A DNA stretch of 63,463 nt, the filler included, from Craspedostauros australis (lineage: Eukaryota), in the NCBI GenBank assembly GCA_030167865.1. It is 9 parts of 9 records of this genome, joined end to end, with 100 filler letters (N's around TTAATTAATTAA, not from the genome) between each part and the next. Parts side by side here need not be neighbours in the genome. Positions count along the whole stretch, not along the records: positions 4,008 to 18,371 come from JALAGF010006232.1; positions 18,472 to 26,764 come from JALAGF010006233.1; positions 26,865 to 47,444 come from JALAGF010006234.1; 6 more parts are not named here. One strand, 5' to 3'. The translations under genes and the position numbers were made by a program. Below are positions 14,838 through 28,879 of this stretch, one piece after another. Positions within the stretch are counted from its first letter, which is position 1; every line of letters begins with the position of its first letter. The notes under the pieces are model-generated. The model saw only the letters and a program-made list of their open reading frames with translations, searched no databases and had not been told where the DNA came from.

Positions 14838-15115
14838 AGCGCGATGCTATGCATACGAGTCTCAGTACGAATGGAATCGACATGCTGAAAGTAAGATCCT
14901 TTGAGTATAATGCAGTTGAGCGTAGCAGCGATTCAAAGTGACACGATACGATGTGATGTTTGTGTCTGATGCAAAATGCTATGGCAGAGTATTGGAAATG
15001 ATGGTGGAGCTGTTGATGGTGTCGTTGCTGCGCGAATAGCAAAGGCCGATGTGTATGGGATGATGTGTACCCGTAACCGTGCTCTCAACTGCCGGACTCA
15101 ACCAGTGGAAGATGT

Positions 15116-16052
15116 CTATTTCTTGGCAGCGACAAGACGCTCTTCAACGACATCCCAGTTGATGATGTCCCAGACGGCCTTGACGTAATCCGGACGCACA
15201 TTTCTGTAATCGACATAGTATGCATGCTCCCACACATCGATGCCCAAGAGCGGTTTCAATCCAGTGGTGGCCTCCAGCGGATCTTGGTTTGGACAAGTGG
15301 CAACATCAACTCCGCCTGTATCCGTTTGAGCATTTGCGTTTGTGTGATGAGTTGTTGTTACGTTGGAGGGAATGGAAAACCACAGTGAGAACGCAATGCA
15401 TTGGTAAGCTTCATGTCGGAACCAGAGCATTGCACATCGTACTTTAAGAAACAGCATCTCCCCACAACACCACATAAAAGCAACGACACCCAAGCAACAT
15501 CGACAAGCCCTGCAACGCACCTGTCTTTGGATTGTAGGCCAACCATCCCCAACCGGAACCCTGCACGGCCACGGTGGTGGCGCCCATCTCCGCCTTCATG
15601 GCCTCGAGGCTACCGAAGCGTTCGTCGATGGCGGCTTCCAGCACTCCACCCGCCTTGACGCCCTTCGAGTCGGGACTGAGGTTCTCCCAGAACAGACAGT
15701 GGTTGATGTGACCGCCGCCGTTGAACTTGAGCGCAGCCTGCAGAGCGATGGTGGCGCTGACGTCGCCGGCCGACATGGCGGCGTCGATCTTTTCGATCGT
15801 GGCATTGAGGTTGCCGACGTAGGTGTTGTGGTGCTTCGTGTGATGGATCGTCATGGTCTCGGCCGAGATGGCGGGTTCCAAGGCGTTGTAGTCGTAGGGC
15901 AGGTCGGGCAGGACGGCCTTGTCGCCGACGCTGCCGGCCACGGAGGACAGCAGGGCGGAGGCGGACTTCGCGAGGCCGGTGGGGAGTTTGGAGGATCGCA
16001 GGTTGACGGAGGCGCGCAAGGCGGAGTCGAGGATCAGTTTTCCGGAGGACAT
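15116..16052 (-). CDS. SOD2: Mn superoxide dismutase, probably mitochondrial; exons 16052-15521 and 15315-15116
   Basis: [50 protein letters not shown]. Basic Ser/Ala-rich presequence. GT-AG intron 15520-15316. Confidence 0.95.
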
Positions 16053-16974
16053 GGTGGCTGTTGACTCTTACTATTATTATACTATTGTTGATGCTGGTGC
16101 TATTAGAGAAGGGTGCAGATGCAACGATTGTGAGCAAGGGGATGCAGAAGTTCTGGAGAGGTGTCAGCTGATGACGCTGGGGCTGTTGGTGGGTGTGGGT
16201 GGTGGAAGAACGCGAAGATGTTCTCCCTTCCTTTTCTCGCTTGCTTCAGGTTGCGATCTTTTGCTTCGTTTCGATGGAAATCCCATTCGCGAAAATGGAT
16301 ACAGCAGTCGTTCTGGTCGAAGCTATATGGAGTTACGGCAATATATTTATAAATATCTATTTAATCCCGTCCGCCCGCATGTCCGCCAAAATACGATTGA
16401 TTTCCCCGTTCTGGCGAATCACCCCTGAATGGAATTCAAGTTTAACGCTTGCGTTGGACCGATGCACATGTTGCAACATGGCGGTAGCGTGACAGGGGGG
16501 CGCCATCTTGCGCGCAAACGGAAGCAACATGTGAGTGAACCTCGTGGTGGAGAGTGAGTCGTATCCGAATCGCATGAACATCATGCGCCACAAGAGTGCA
16601 AGAACCGATCGAGAATAGGAGAGTGACGAAGTCGTTGGTGTATCCTTGGCATTTGGGTGTGTTTGAATAACGTCCCATTCTATCTCTTGGTGGGAGAAGA
16701 GAGGAACTCTCCGTTGTTTGCTGTTCTTCCTTGCTTGCTTCTTTGCTTGCTTGCTTGCCTCACTGCCGTGTTGTCTCTTGGCTGCGATCAGTTACTTCAT
16801 CCATCACTTCACCCATCCGTCTATCCGCCACCGGTGCCGTCACAACCTCAGAGGTCGACACCAGCTCACAACATCAGAGATCGATCATCCTGCACTTCCA
16901 GCACAGGCAGCACGCACAGGCTCACCAACCAATCTACTACACTTCATTGACTATTATATCATAGTTGCTGAAAG

Positions 16975-17586
16975 ATGAGACAGTTCCCAGCAGTGAGACA
17001 GCAGAAGAAGTGGAAGCGGAAGGATGAGGTGTCCCTCCTCGGGACTACGTCGCCGTCGAACAGCCCCTCGACTTACGATCTGCAACACCATCTGCAACAC
17101 CATCACCATGTCGAACATCCGCAGAAGCAGAACCGAGATGTCGGTGCAGGACTCCTGGATTGGCCATCGACTCCGCACATCTCGCCTTCGATGATCCAGC
17201 CCAGAAATCGCCAGGCTCGCAAGGTGACGACGATGGCGCAAGGCTCGGACCCGCAGTCGATAGAGAGCGCCCTGCAATTCGTGGCTGCGTACGAAGACGA
17301 GCACATCAAGGTCGTGCCTGCTCCAACGCAGGCATCCACGCCAAGCACCGTCATGTCGACTCCGTCTCCTGCTTCCACCAGACAGACGCAACGTTTGGAG
17401 CACAACAGCCAAACTCGCTTTCAGGCTTCATCAGCTGGCAATAGCCATACTCGTAGCAACAGCAACGGCTCCAACGACAAGAAGAAAGGATCGACGATGG
17501 GGAGGATCGCGTCGCTCTTCACGAGTCGAGCTGTCGTCTATGGCGGAAAGACGGCTGCAGCACAGTCCCAATCTCCCCGGAAAAGC

Positions 17587-17638
<52 letters not shown>

Positions 17639-18371
17639 GCACATCGGGGAACATCTCACCATCGCGGTCGTCGGAGACTTCAAACGGTGGCTATGTTGGC
17701 TGGCCGGGCACGCAGAATAAGGACGGCGGCGTCGTCGCGGTCAAATCAAGCTTCGAGGAGAGCGAGATTGGCTTTCCACACTCGCAACGACAGAACCAGA
17801 CACGTGCGCCTCGTTACGAGGATCAGATGCAGCAGGCAGCCCACCAGCAAGTCACGATGTGGATGGACAATGACGAATCGGTTGACGACTTTTCGGAACA
17901 GGATACTGTGTCCACGCAGTACGGCAATCCTCGCGATCATGTAGATGCAAACACAAATGGATACGATCAGTCAACGCCGCCACCGCCCCCACCGCCGCCT
18001 GATAACCATCAAACCGCTGCCGATTTCCATCTCGCAGCCGTTGTTGCTGATGCGAGAGTGTCGGCCAAGTCACCCATCGTCAAGCAACAGCACGGCCACG
18101 CTCATTCCCCAGTGGCAGGCAATAATCGTCACTCGCCAGTTCAACACGGTGCGCGCCCGCAGCAACTCCGCTACGATATGTACGGCGACAAAGATGTTCG
18201 CTCGGATCCCGATCCCATCCAGCATCTGCATTCGGAGGATAAGGTATCCAGTCCGAAGAGGGATCACTGGAATGCGATCGACACTTCGTCGGATGCATCG
18301 CCGAGCACCGCGTACTCGAAAACCTCCTCTGCGTACTTCAGCTCCATGGATGTGCAAGCGAAGAACCCTGC
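16975..18371 (+). CDS. Uncharacterised low-complexity/disordered protein (3'-truncated by scaffold end)
   Basis: Open frame of >460 codons from ATG, with poly-His, poly-Asn and poly-Pro tracts. Transcribed divergently from SOD. No recognisable domain. Confidence 0.7.
17587..17637 (+). repeat. (AAC)17 coding microsatellite (poly-Asn)
   Basis: Perfect AAC run inside the ORF. Confidence 0.95.
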
Positions 18372-18471
18372 NNNNNNNNNNNNNNNNNNNNNNNNNNNNN
18401 NNNNNNNNNNNNNNNTTAATTAATTAANNNNNNNNNNNNNNNNNNNNNNNNNNNNNNNNNNNNNNNNNNNN
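18372..18471. other. Artificial scaffold linker
   Basis: TTAATTAATTAA at 18416-18427 within 100 nt of N. Confidence 0.97.
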
Positions 18472-19169
18472 TGCACCCACCACCTGACAGACAGCAAGCC
18501 AAAACGACATTAAAAATAAAGTTCATACAAATTTAACTAAGATATTCAGAATAAACGATAGCCAAGCGTCCGAATGAACTGTCTAGTTTTAATTTTAAAT
18601 GGTGCGTTGTTGAGATATAACATCATAAGCAGTTGTTTGGATGGTTTTGGGTGTGCTCTAATTTAGTCTACTTTATCACGACTCATCACGAGTAAAACTC
18701 AAAAAACACTCCACAACTAGTGTTATCGTGAGTGCATCAACTGCGACCTGGAGGTCGTACAGGCAATTCTGGGGACTTCTCTGTTTTGGAGATTTCTCTC
18801 CACACCTCTGGTAGCGGAACCGCCAGATGCGGTCGACAACGCGAATGTTGACACCAAAACCGCCAATTCTGCGCAAGGCGCCAAAAACACGAACCGACCA
18901 TGCGCACATCATCGAGTATCGCACTACACTCATGCGCATCTCCCTTGCAAACGAGGCGAGACGAGGCGACAGTGAGACAACCAAACACAAATTGTAAGAC
19001 CCAAGGAGGCGCACTCGAAGTCGTGGTCGTGCTTGTAGTCGTCGGCAGGGCCTGCAGGCAATGCAATAGAGAGCTGAGAGTCAAAGACTGATCAGCAGCC
19101 ACCCAACACAGGATCGATCACTGTGCAAGGTGCAAGAACCGATTCAAGGAACAGCACGAAGCAGCTAGG

Positions 19170-22100
19170 ATGAGTTCTTCCGAACGAAGCGGTGGGATTG
19201 ATGGTGACAACAGTAGCAACAACGGCGGCAGCAACAACAACAACAGCAACAACAACGAAGAGACAGAACATGTCAGTGACTCGCACGAGCATGGAGATGC
19301 TGCCAGACAGGTAGGCGCTGAAGACTCTGTGAGCGACGTCGTGGACAGTGATGTTGCAAGCTTCGGCGAGATTGACGACTTGCCCCACGACTTGCAGTCA
19401 CACGATGAAGAGCGTCGAACTAGCAACAATAGTACCAACAACAACAACAACAACAACGGCAGCGGTAGCGACGATAATAGCAGTGACAACGAAGTCAGAC
19501 GCACGAGCAGCGACAAAGACGAAACCAGCGCGGTCACAGATGACGCTGTGGAAAGCGATGGAGACATCCCCAGTGGCGACCACTGCCAACGCCAATCTGG
19601 CAACGGCAACGGCAGCGACGGAGACAGGCCTATCCAGCGAAGCAATTCTCGCCGCAGTGTGCGCATCAAGGAAACCGCCACTACTCTGGGACACAGCGCC
19701 TCGGATCATGAGGCCTCGGGGCCGACTCAAAGGCTGACCGGACATAGCGCAGGCGGAAGCGAACATCTCAATCGCCGTCGCAGGTTCCGATTTCACGACC
19801 ACCACTCCATTGGTCACCGCTCCATCAGTCACCGCTCCGTCAGACAGGACGTTGACATTGAGAAGAACGAGAAGGACGAGAAAACCAGCAGGTACAGCAT
19901 GAGCACAGCGAGCGGCCGGCGGCCGAGAACGAAGATACTTGAAGACGATGGCAATATCGCAGTCACGCAAATTGGTGACATTGGAGCAGGCGGAAACACC
20001 GCGCAAGGCAACGACGGCAGACGCCCGTCTTCAGATCAAGACGATCTGCGTTCCGTTGCATCTCAATCCCTGATTTCGCCAGACTCTTGGATGAGGGACG
20101 ATGGCAACGGCAACAGCAACAGCAAGCAGGGAGGCGGCAACAGCAAGAACGGCAACAGTAGCAGCACTGCCAGCAGCAACAACGGCAGTAGCAACGCAGC
20201 CACGGCTTCAACAGAAGGGCTGGCAAGCCAACAAGCACATGAGACCAGCGGTAAGGGAGAGGCGCAGAATGACGACAGCGTTGCTGGCTCTATCAACAAT
20301 CTGAGTTCTTCCTTTCACGCATATGGCAGGTCCGACGCCATCGCACAAAAGCGTGGCGCCGACGATGCCGCGGTCGGGCCCCAGATCTACGACGACGAGT
20401 TGGAGGGTGGTCGGCAGCAAACTTCGCGACTGCCGCGACTCCGCAGCCATGACGATGATTGGTCCACCGGGTCCAGTTCAGTCGGTCAGCGATCTAGCGC
20501 AATGGCTGCATCGGGAGGGGCACTGGTCCCAGGAGAACTATTGCTTGCGCAACAGCAAGGCGGTGAGCACGTGGCCATTCGCCAAGCCGCAGGTGCACAG
20601 GAATACGACCCGTCCGCGCACAACGGTCTATACACGGCGCAGGGCGAGTTGGTTGACGATCTATCGACTTCTGGAACAGAAGACGAGAGCCAGACACACG
20701 AAGGAGACAGCACACCATCGAACGAAATCGATGGTGGCATCCTCAGCGCTCGCTCTGCCCGTGTCTCTGGTCAACCGACAGTGGGGCAAGAACGAAGCAG
20801 AGAGGGTCCGCGAACACCAAGAGGCAACAGAATTATCAACGTGGTGGATCCTTCCCTCGGCGAACCTGTCCTTGCTGAAGAGATGGAACGCGAGATCGTT
20901 GATGCCGATGGCAACATCATTCGATATGATGACGCTGAAGCAGGCCAACCGCGTGAAATGGAAAACAGTTTGACCGACGACCTCGCGAACGGTGACACTG
21001 ATAAGAACAGAGATCCTAGCGGTGATCGGAAATGTTCGTCTGGATTGACAGCCCTGTGCGCGTGTATTGTCCTTTCGATCATCGTTGGTATTGTCATGCT
21101 CACAAGCGCTTGTTCGCTCTTTCCCGAGATGAACCAATGCGAAGATGATGATTCCTCAGATGCAGGAGGCCGTGGGGCAGAATCAACTCCCACCCAGTCT
21201 CCAGCCTCCCCCGCAACAACCTTCCTCACAAGCCTGACATGCGAAGGATCTGTCGCGGTGGGCGTTGACGGAGAGGCGGTTGATCTTGTGCGTGAGAAAT
21301 CTCCAACGGCCACGTCATCTCAGACATCTGGTGGAGCATCGCGCAACATGACGCAAACCACAATCGGTTGCGGCGAGCAAGAGTCCTGGACCGGATATCA
21401 TTCATGGATAGCAATTGATGGGCTTGAAACTTATGCCAACGGCGGTGGCGAAGCCATCAACATCAAAATGGCGTCGGATTCTTCGCTCGCAACATGGATG
21501 GTCGCCTTCGATGGAGCAAGCTGCGACGATCTCGGTTGTGCGATAGCGTTCGGCAACTGTACAACAAGACAATGCGCGTTGGTCATTTCGGCAGCGAAGA
21601 GAGAATCTGTGACTGTTGCGATTGGCGGAATGGAGCCATTCGATTACACCATACGATCCCAACTCATCGCGTCAAACGATAGATGCGAGATCGCGAGGCC
21701 TCTCGATGTCATCCTGACCACCACATCAGAGTCCGAAACATCGATGCCATCCATCAAGCCAGCTGTTGTCGTGACAGGGTCATACGAATATGCGACACCG
21801 GCAGACACATCGTTGGCCTCTTGCGGTGTGAAGTCTGGAGTTGCCACGTGGTACTCAGTGAAGACGAACGTGTCGGGCATTGTGACTGCATCCACTTGCA
21901 TCGACAACGGTAGTGGCAACGACAGTGGCAGTGGCAGCAGTACGAGCAGTAGCAACGCCAACCCAAGTTCCGTCCAAGGCAACGCCCCAGCTTACATCAC
22001 TGTGTTCAGGGGGGATTGCGGCAGTTTGCAATGTGCCACGGAGACGAACAGCGTCTCGTGTGGATCTCGCAATCAGGTGACGTGGTATTCAGAGGATGAT

Positions 22101-25100
22101 GAAGAGTATTTCCTCGCCATTTCTGCTCCTCCTGCTGACCATCCCGATTGGAACCCTGCTGACGGATTATCCACATCCAGTACCAGTACCAACGGTAGCG
22201 CCGAAACTGGTAGCAAGCGCAACGGACTGAGATCGTCGTCATCAGCATCAGCACCTGCAGCAATCTCTACTTCTGCATCCACAATTGACCCTGAGAATGT
22301 CGACTATCAACTGTCGATTCGCCAAACGGCTGACAATGACATCTGTCACAAAGCGCAGTCGATCGATGGGTTGTCATCATTCTCGTTCCGCAAACTGTAT
22401 GCTTCCCATCGCAACGCGGCCAGCGACGACACACCGTCTTGCGAGCTATCCAGCGTGCAGGATGTGGTGGCTAGGAAGGGCACGTGGTATGCAGTGAATG
22501 GAACAGGATCGTTGATGAAGGTCTCCACTTGTCTGGATGATAACTTCGGCGATGGTGGCATGAACTCTGGCGATGATGAGATTCCATTCCAATCTGTCAA
22601 AGCGCAGGTCTTCAAGGGATCGTGCGACAACCTGAGGTGCCTCGATGGTGTGGAGACCGTATTCAACCGAGGATGCAAGTCCCCCCACGAAACTGATGCG
22701 GAGTTCGACAGCGACTCAAACTTCAACGAAGTTGCGTGGCAATCCAACCTCGATGAGACGTACTTCGTCCACATCTCATCCAAGGAAATTCTCAGCAAAG
22801 GAGGGACGAATGGCATTGCGCCAAACAACCCGAGTGCAGACACAAGCACCAACATCGACACAACGACGGATGCCGGTCCTTCATCAAGCCCCGAATTCGC
22901 CTTCTCGATCCAGTCGGCAGTGCGCAATGACTTGTGTGAGGCGGCTGTTCCTCTGGATGTAGGAGGCAACATCTCCATCCATGCATCAACGATGGAAGCA
23001 ACCATCCCAACTGAGTTCACATCAGGCTGTGGCCTTGCATCCGGAGTGGTATCTCCGGGTGTGTGGTACACAGTGGTCGGAGATGACTCATACATCGATG
23101 TGGATACATGCAAATCTCTCGATATGACACCACACGAGTATGATGCCTCGCTCCGGCTTGATCTCCCAGCTCCGCCACCTTTACCTAATGAGACGACCTT
23201 CCGGCTGTTCGACAACCAAATTACGATTCTCAGGGGAAATGACTGCAATTCGTTGGAATGCGTCACTGGAAATAATAGAGCGAGCGATCGCTGCGTATTC
23301 CAAAGCGAAACGGGGTGGTTCGCACAACGAAACCGACGGTACTTCATTCTCATCCACAGTGCACTCGGCGGACAAGGCGAATTCATATTGTCAACCACCA
23401 AATCAGACAAAGGTGCATACGACAAACGGTGCCATGATGCAGAATCAATCAAAATTGGAGAATCAATCACTCAGGACACTAGTTACGCCGCGCAGGCATT
23501 TGGTTCATATTGTGGTGGATTCGAGACCACAGGTGCAGCAACATGGTTAAAAGTTGTCGGCAATGGCAAACGGCTCATTGCTTCCACATGCAGCACCTTC
23601 ACAAGGTATAGATCGAGGATTCTTGTGCTCGAAGGCGACGTCTGCGGCTCACTGAACTGCAGACTGAACCAGAACTTTGGCTCCTGTCCATTTCAAGGTC
23701 TCTACGGCAGCACCTTCGAACAAGGGTATGTTGAATTTGATTCCAAAGCTGACGTGACGTACCATTTGATTGTGCATGGTACCGCAGGCGAAGAAGGCTC
23801 CTTTATATTAACGGTCGATGAAGCTGTGCCGAATGATCAGTGCGACGGAGCGATAGGATTGAAATTGGGCGACGAACCAATTCAGATTTCCAGCAGCGTT
23901 CTCAAGACAAGTGTGACAGAAGGATGTTCTGGAGCCTTCTACCGTCGGAGACTCCCCACCATTGATGCACTTTGGTATGAAGTAATGAACCTAGCGGAAC
24001 GAACCCAGTTGACGATCAGCATCTGTCACTTGGGGTCATTCCGTGATTTGGAACTGCGTGCTTACGCCGGAAGCTGCGGAGATCTACACTGCGCCGCGAG
24101 TGAATATTTCCCCCAACAACATCATGGTGCATGTGGCGACGACACACTCCCAAGCCCCACATTGACTTGGATAAGTGAGCCCCATCAGGCATATCGTATC
24201 GCAGTCATGGCGCTTCGTGAATTGGGTGGCGGCCTCCCGACGACCGCCCCAACGTTCAACATCTCCGTATCAAGCCACACCCTCGACAACAACACTGTCT
24301 GCGATGAGGCAGAATTCATCGGAGTTGGCGAATCCATCAATGGATCATTCAAGAGGGCCGCACTGGATGAAGACGTCATGGATTGCTACGTTCAGGAGGA
24401 CTTTTCATTCCAAAGGAGAAACGTAGATCTGGTGGGCTCATGGTATTACACCATTGGCACCGGTCGGCAGATGATCGCATCCTCATGCCTCGATCAAATA
24501 CATACAAGACCGACAATCGTGATTGTGACGGGAGGAAAGTGCGGCAATCTCACTTGCATTGATTCCAGCACTCACTTTTGCGGAGTCAACGGGCAGGTGT
24601 CATGGGAGAGCGAGACTGGCACGATGTATCGTGTGTGGATCGGGACAGAAGGATTCTTCACGAGCAACTATTCGCTGCATGTTGCAGATAGCTCATCAAC
24701 GTCATCAATGTCATCAACTCCACCGCCGCTACCACCGTTGGCAGTGCCATCAGCAACATCAACATCGAATCCATGGAAGGCTTGGATTGATGTTGACTTC
24801 CCTGCATACGATGAGTGCGAACACGCGGTGACACTGGAGGTGTCGACCGATACGAGCGACATCACAACCGACGTGCTGCTGTCGATGACGCTGGTGACGA
24901 ATGATTATCACGTTGATATGTGCGGTTCTGCCTATCCTCAGCTGGTTGGTGGAGCTTGGTTCCACGTACATGGAATGGGAAAATTGGTGAAGATGACAGT
25001 CAACACAATCAAACCGAGTGATGACTATCAGGCGTTTGGCGAAGAGTTCACGAGAGACGCAAGATTCGTCGTATATCAAGCACAGCAGGAACCAGCAGGG

Positions 25101-26764
25101 GCATCATCCGACTGTGAGAGCTTGCGATGCGTGCATGGCAACAGCCAGGGTGGAGACTGGAGCCAACACACCTTCGCAACGTGGTTTGCAGAGGATGGTG
25201 TCGATTACTACATTCAAGTGTACAATGTATACCCATCTATTGCTGCACGCTTGACGCTGATCGAACACACCCAAGCAGGTGCCGCATGCGGATACAATGT
25301 GGTTGATGGCATGCCCACGAATGTAATCGAAAAGGGCGACACAGTCCTTTCAGTGACCAGAAGGGGCAGTCCCCAGAGTGAGGTAGTGCCGACCATTTGC
25401 GACGGCCAAGACGGCATCCCACACAACAACGGGGCATGGTTTTCATTCATCGGTGACGGAAAGCGCGTCCGTGCGTCTACCAGCAATCCTGGTTCGAACG
25501 CGAACATGACGATTCAAGTGTACTCGTACGATGGTGACAGCTGCGATATGTTGGAGTGTGTAGCAGCAACATATCATGAGGACATCATCGGATTCAAATT
25601 CAACGGAATAGGTTACACTGTGATGGGCCATCAAGATGTCGATTGGACAACCGCGCAAGGTCAACGGTACAGTCTCTTCGTTCAGGCGACTGGCGCCGAC
25701 GGTGCCGACGGCGATGATGCCATCCAGCATGTATTCGAACTGAGCATAACAGAATTGAGATCTGTGGACACCTGTGACGGAGCTCGACCTGCTCGGGTCG
25801 GAAGACTCATCAAATTTATTTTCGAAAGTGAGCTTGGACCAGACACCACAGGCTCTCAATGTGACGATCCTTTGGCGGATTGGTGGAACTTTCCTGGCGC
25901 TTGGTACACGGTTGTCGGAGATGGCACGACCCTGGTTGCATCCACCTGCGCTGAGAGACCATCCCCTCCTGGTCTCTCCACGCAGGTGAGTGTGTACAGC
26001 GGTACTTGCGGCGCATTGAGTTGTGTCGGATCGAGCGATGTCTACTGCGATCGCAATGGTCAGGTGGCCTGGTCAAGTGAAGCTGGAACGACTTACTATG
26101 TGCTGATCCGTCACCCAAAGTGGTTCGCACGCCAAACCGATGGCACATCTCTGCGCTCAGCACCCCGGGCATCAAGCATCTGCTCCGGGATTGTTACAGC
26201 CCCGTTGGAGCTGAGAGATGAAATGACGTTTGTCGTACCAGCATCAATCCCGACGTTCACGCCAATGCCAGTCGAACCAAGTGTTGGTGATGAGCAGGAA
26301 GAGCAGATGGCCAGTGTAGTGCCAAGCTGCGACTTCAAATTCAAGACATCGTCGAGCAACGTTGCATGGCTGAGCGTGATTGGTAGTGGCGGGTACATGA
26401 TGGTCACGACGCGCGGCTTCGACACGAGGTTCAACTCCACCGTGGAAGTCTATTCGGGACGAGACTGCAATCAGCTAAGCTGTGTCGACGGTGCGGTGCA
26501 ATCAAGAGCCAGGGGGTGGCTGAGCAAAGACGGCGACATGACATTCTATCACGCTGTTGCGAACGGTCCGCCTATGCATCAAGGTTCCATCTCGTGGCAA
26601 AGTGCGTTTGGCGAGGAGTATTTCATCCGCATCTCGGGCGTCGGAACGAACGAAAGCGCTGGAAGTACTGCTACAGGCACTGCTACAGGCACTGCTGAAA
26701 AGGATGCTGGCGATTCGGCTATGGACAACACCGCGCTGGCAGGGTCGCTGGTGTCAGTCAAGGT
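19170..26764 (+). CDS. Giant type II single-pass membrane protein (>2500 aa) with ~11 Cys-rich beta-type extracellular repeats, copy B (3'-truncated)
   Basis: Uninterrupted 7.6-kb ORF with one TM near aa 625-645. Repeated units of the form (N)DxCxxA...G/aW(Y/F)...G.G...ASTC...GxCxxLxC...VxWxS...Y.I. Confidence 0.9.
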
Positions 26765-26864
26765 NNNNNNNNNNNNNNNNNNNNNNNNNNNNNNNNNNNN
26801 NNNNNNNNTTAATTAATTAANNNNNNNNNNNNNNNNNNNNNNNNNNNNNNNNNNNNNNNNNNNN
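26765..26864. other. Artificial scaffold linker
   Basis: TTAATTAATTAA at 26809-26820. Confidence 0.97.
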
Positions 26865-27043
26865 CTTTGCATGGAGATTTCACAAGTTCAAGAGATAGGG
26901 AAGAAACGAAATTCGACAAGAAAGAGAGGGATGCAGACATGTATGTGGCATGTGTGAGATTCCAAATGATTGACAATTGTACAAGCAACACATACATTCA
27001 CCTGCATGATCCAAAAGCGCAGTATGCACACAGTACAACTCAC

Positions 27044-28029
27044 CCCCATCTGTTGGGCTTCGGATGCTTGTGCCGGGCAATACCACTTCGCGATATTTTG
27101 GTGCTCTCACAGTGCACTTTATCATCGTCGATTGTCACAGTGCGTTGGCCAGCCATGCCTGTCACAACTAGTTGCTTCAAAGTGTTATTGCACTGAGCCT
27201 GGAGATCCTGCCAGAAGTAGTGAGCGTTTGACTCGATCTTGCTGCCGTCTGCATGGATTTTGCACCACCAATCATTGTACTCGGTCTTGCTCGGGGACCC
27301 CACTTTGGTACTCAGCAAGCCCATGGAGTACATGTTTTTCGTGGATGTCTGGAAGGTTGACTGTGTGCTGAATGCAACCATGAACTGCAGGTACTCCAAT
27401 GCATCCATCTTCACATCATTCTTTGCAAATGCTTCTCTGTACAGACAAGATGAGGTATCAAAGACGAGATCAATGATATCATTTGGTGTTGGGCGTTTGC
27501 TGTCAGTGAGCTTTTGCATCGATTTCCGAATGTGCACCATCTCCTTGTTCATGACGAGTTTGCTGTCAGCACGGGCTTCGCCGACTGTGACATGATGCTT
27601 CTCGTCCACCCCTGTCTGCAGCTTCCACTTCAAGCTCATGCTTGCCAGCTTTGCTGCATCGGATTTGGTGTTGCGGGTGGATGCAGGTGCAGTTGTAGGA
27701 GTGGGATTGTCATTGTTGGTGTTCGAGGTGTTGTTTTCCTGTGTAGAAGCTGCATTTTCGTTCTCTTCTGATACGAGGTAGTTGCTGTTGGAGTTGGAGG
27801 TGCTACTCTTGGGATCTGTTGCGTCCAAGTCATCTCCATTAGTGTCATCATTGTCATCGTCCAGATCAAAGTCATCAGGAGTCCAAATGATTGTGTTGTT
27901 ATCCGAAGGATGGACAACAGCATCTTCATCAAGTAGCTCCAAGTCTAGATTGTCTGGATCAATGCCTCCGTTGCTGTCATCATCCTCCCACAAGTCATCA
28001 TTGCCTCCGAAAGCATGATCCAAAGACAT
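27044..28029 (-). CDS. piggyBac-like DDD transposase, N-terminal exon (copy 1 of the DDDK family)
   Basis: Acidic N-terminus, then EYLQFMVAF...FWQDLQAQCN...VTIDDDKVHC...KPNRWG, paralleling the piggyBac core (+++DE...KPxKWG). The ORF ends at splice donor GG|GTGAGT (27043). Homologous to 55594-56540. Confidence 0.7.
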
Positions 28030-28879
28030 GGTCACTCAATAGATGTAACACAAATCTAAGAATCTTGCACAGGGCTGGCTGCGATGAACTAAGTTGAGGT
28101 ACAAGTGGAATGTGGGGTAGATGAGTGCAGCAGCTCTATTTGTTCCAAAAGCTATTAATAGATCGATTTGATGATGATGGTGTTGTTGGGAGATTCTATC
28201 GATTCGTTGAGTCCCACAAGAGATTTTGAGTCACGGAAGAAATGTCCCCCTCCCAAATCTCGGTTCTGGCTCAGCAGTGGTNNNNNNNNNNNNNNNNNNN
28301 NNNNNNNNNNNNNNNNNNNNNNNNNNNNNNNACATGAGGAGGGTGTGGGGAATAATGATTTCATTCCAACAAATGGCTCCAAACCTCCAGACACAACCGT
28401 TGGTTTCAGTGCAGGAAGAGACCAGTGACTTCAGAAACCATCCGTTGAGTTTGAAAACTTTCGCGTGGTGCGCATTACCAATACTCCCGTGATCATCCAA
28501 ACACGAGTCCGTCTGCCCAAACAGCAACAGCAAAAAACTCGGCGAGTGGTGAAACCAAATTCCAGGACGAATCCAATCCGGGGACCAAAACAGCACCATC
28601 TGCACAAAAAGACATTGCTACAATCAAACCATCACATCCCATGCACTCGGCCATTCACATCATCACAACCATTGGACTGTCCCATCCGCATCCAGATCCA
28701 CATCAACACCTAGCCACACCAACTGGACTGTCCAATCCACATCCACTCCCAACAAGAAACAACCTTTCAGCTGCCTCAACCACATCGACGAACACCAAAC
28801 CACCACATTCGACTGGCACATCCGCAAACGCTCACACCAAGGCAAAACCATTGGACTGGCACATACACATCCACAGCCA

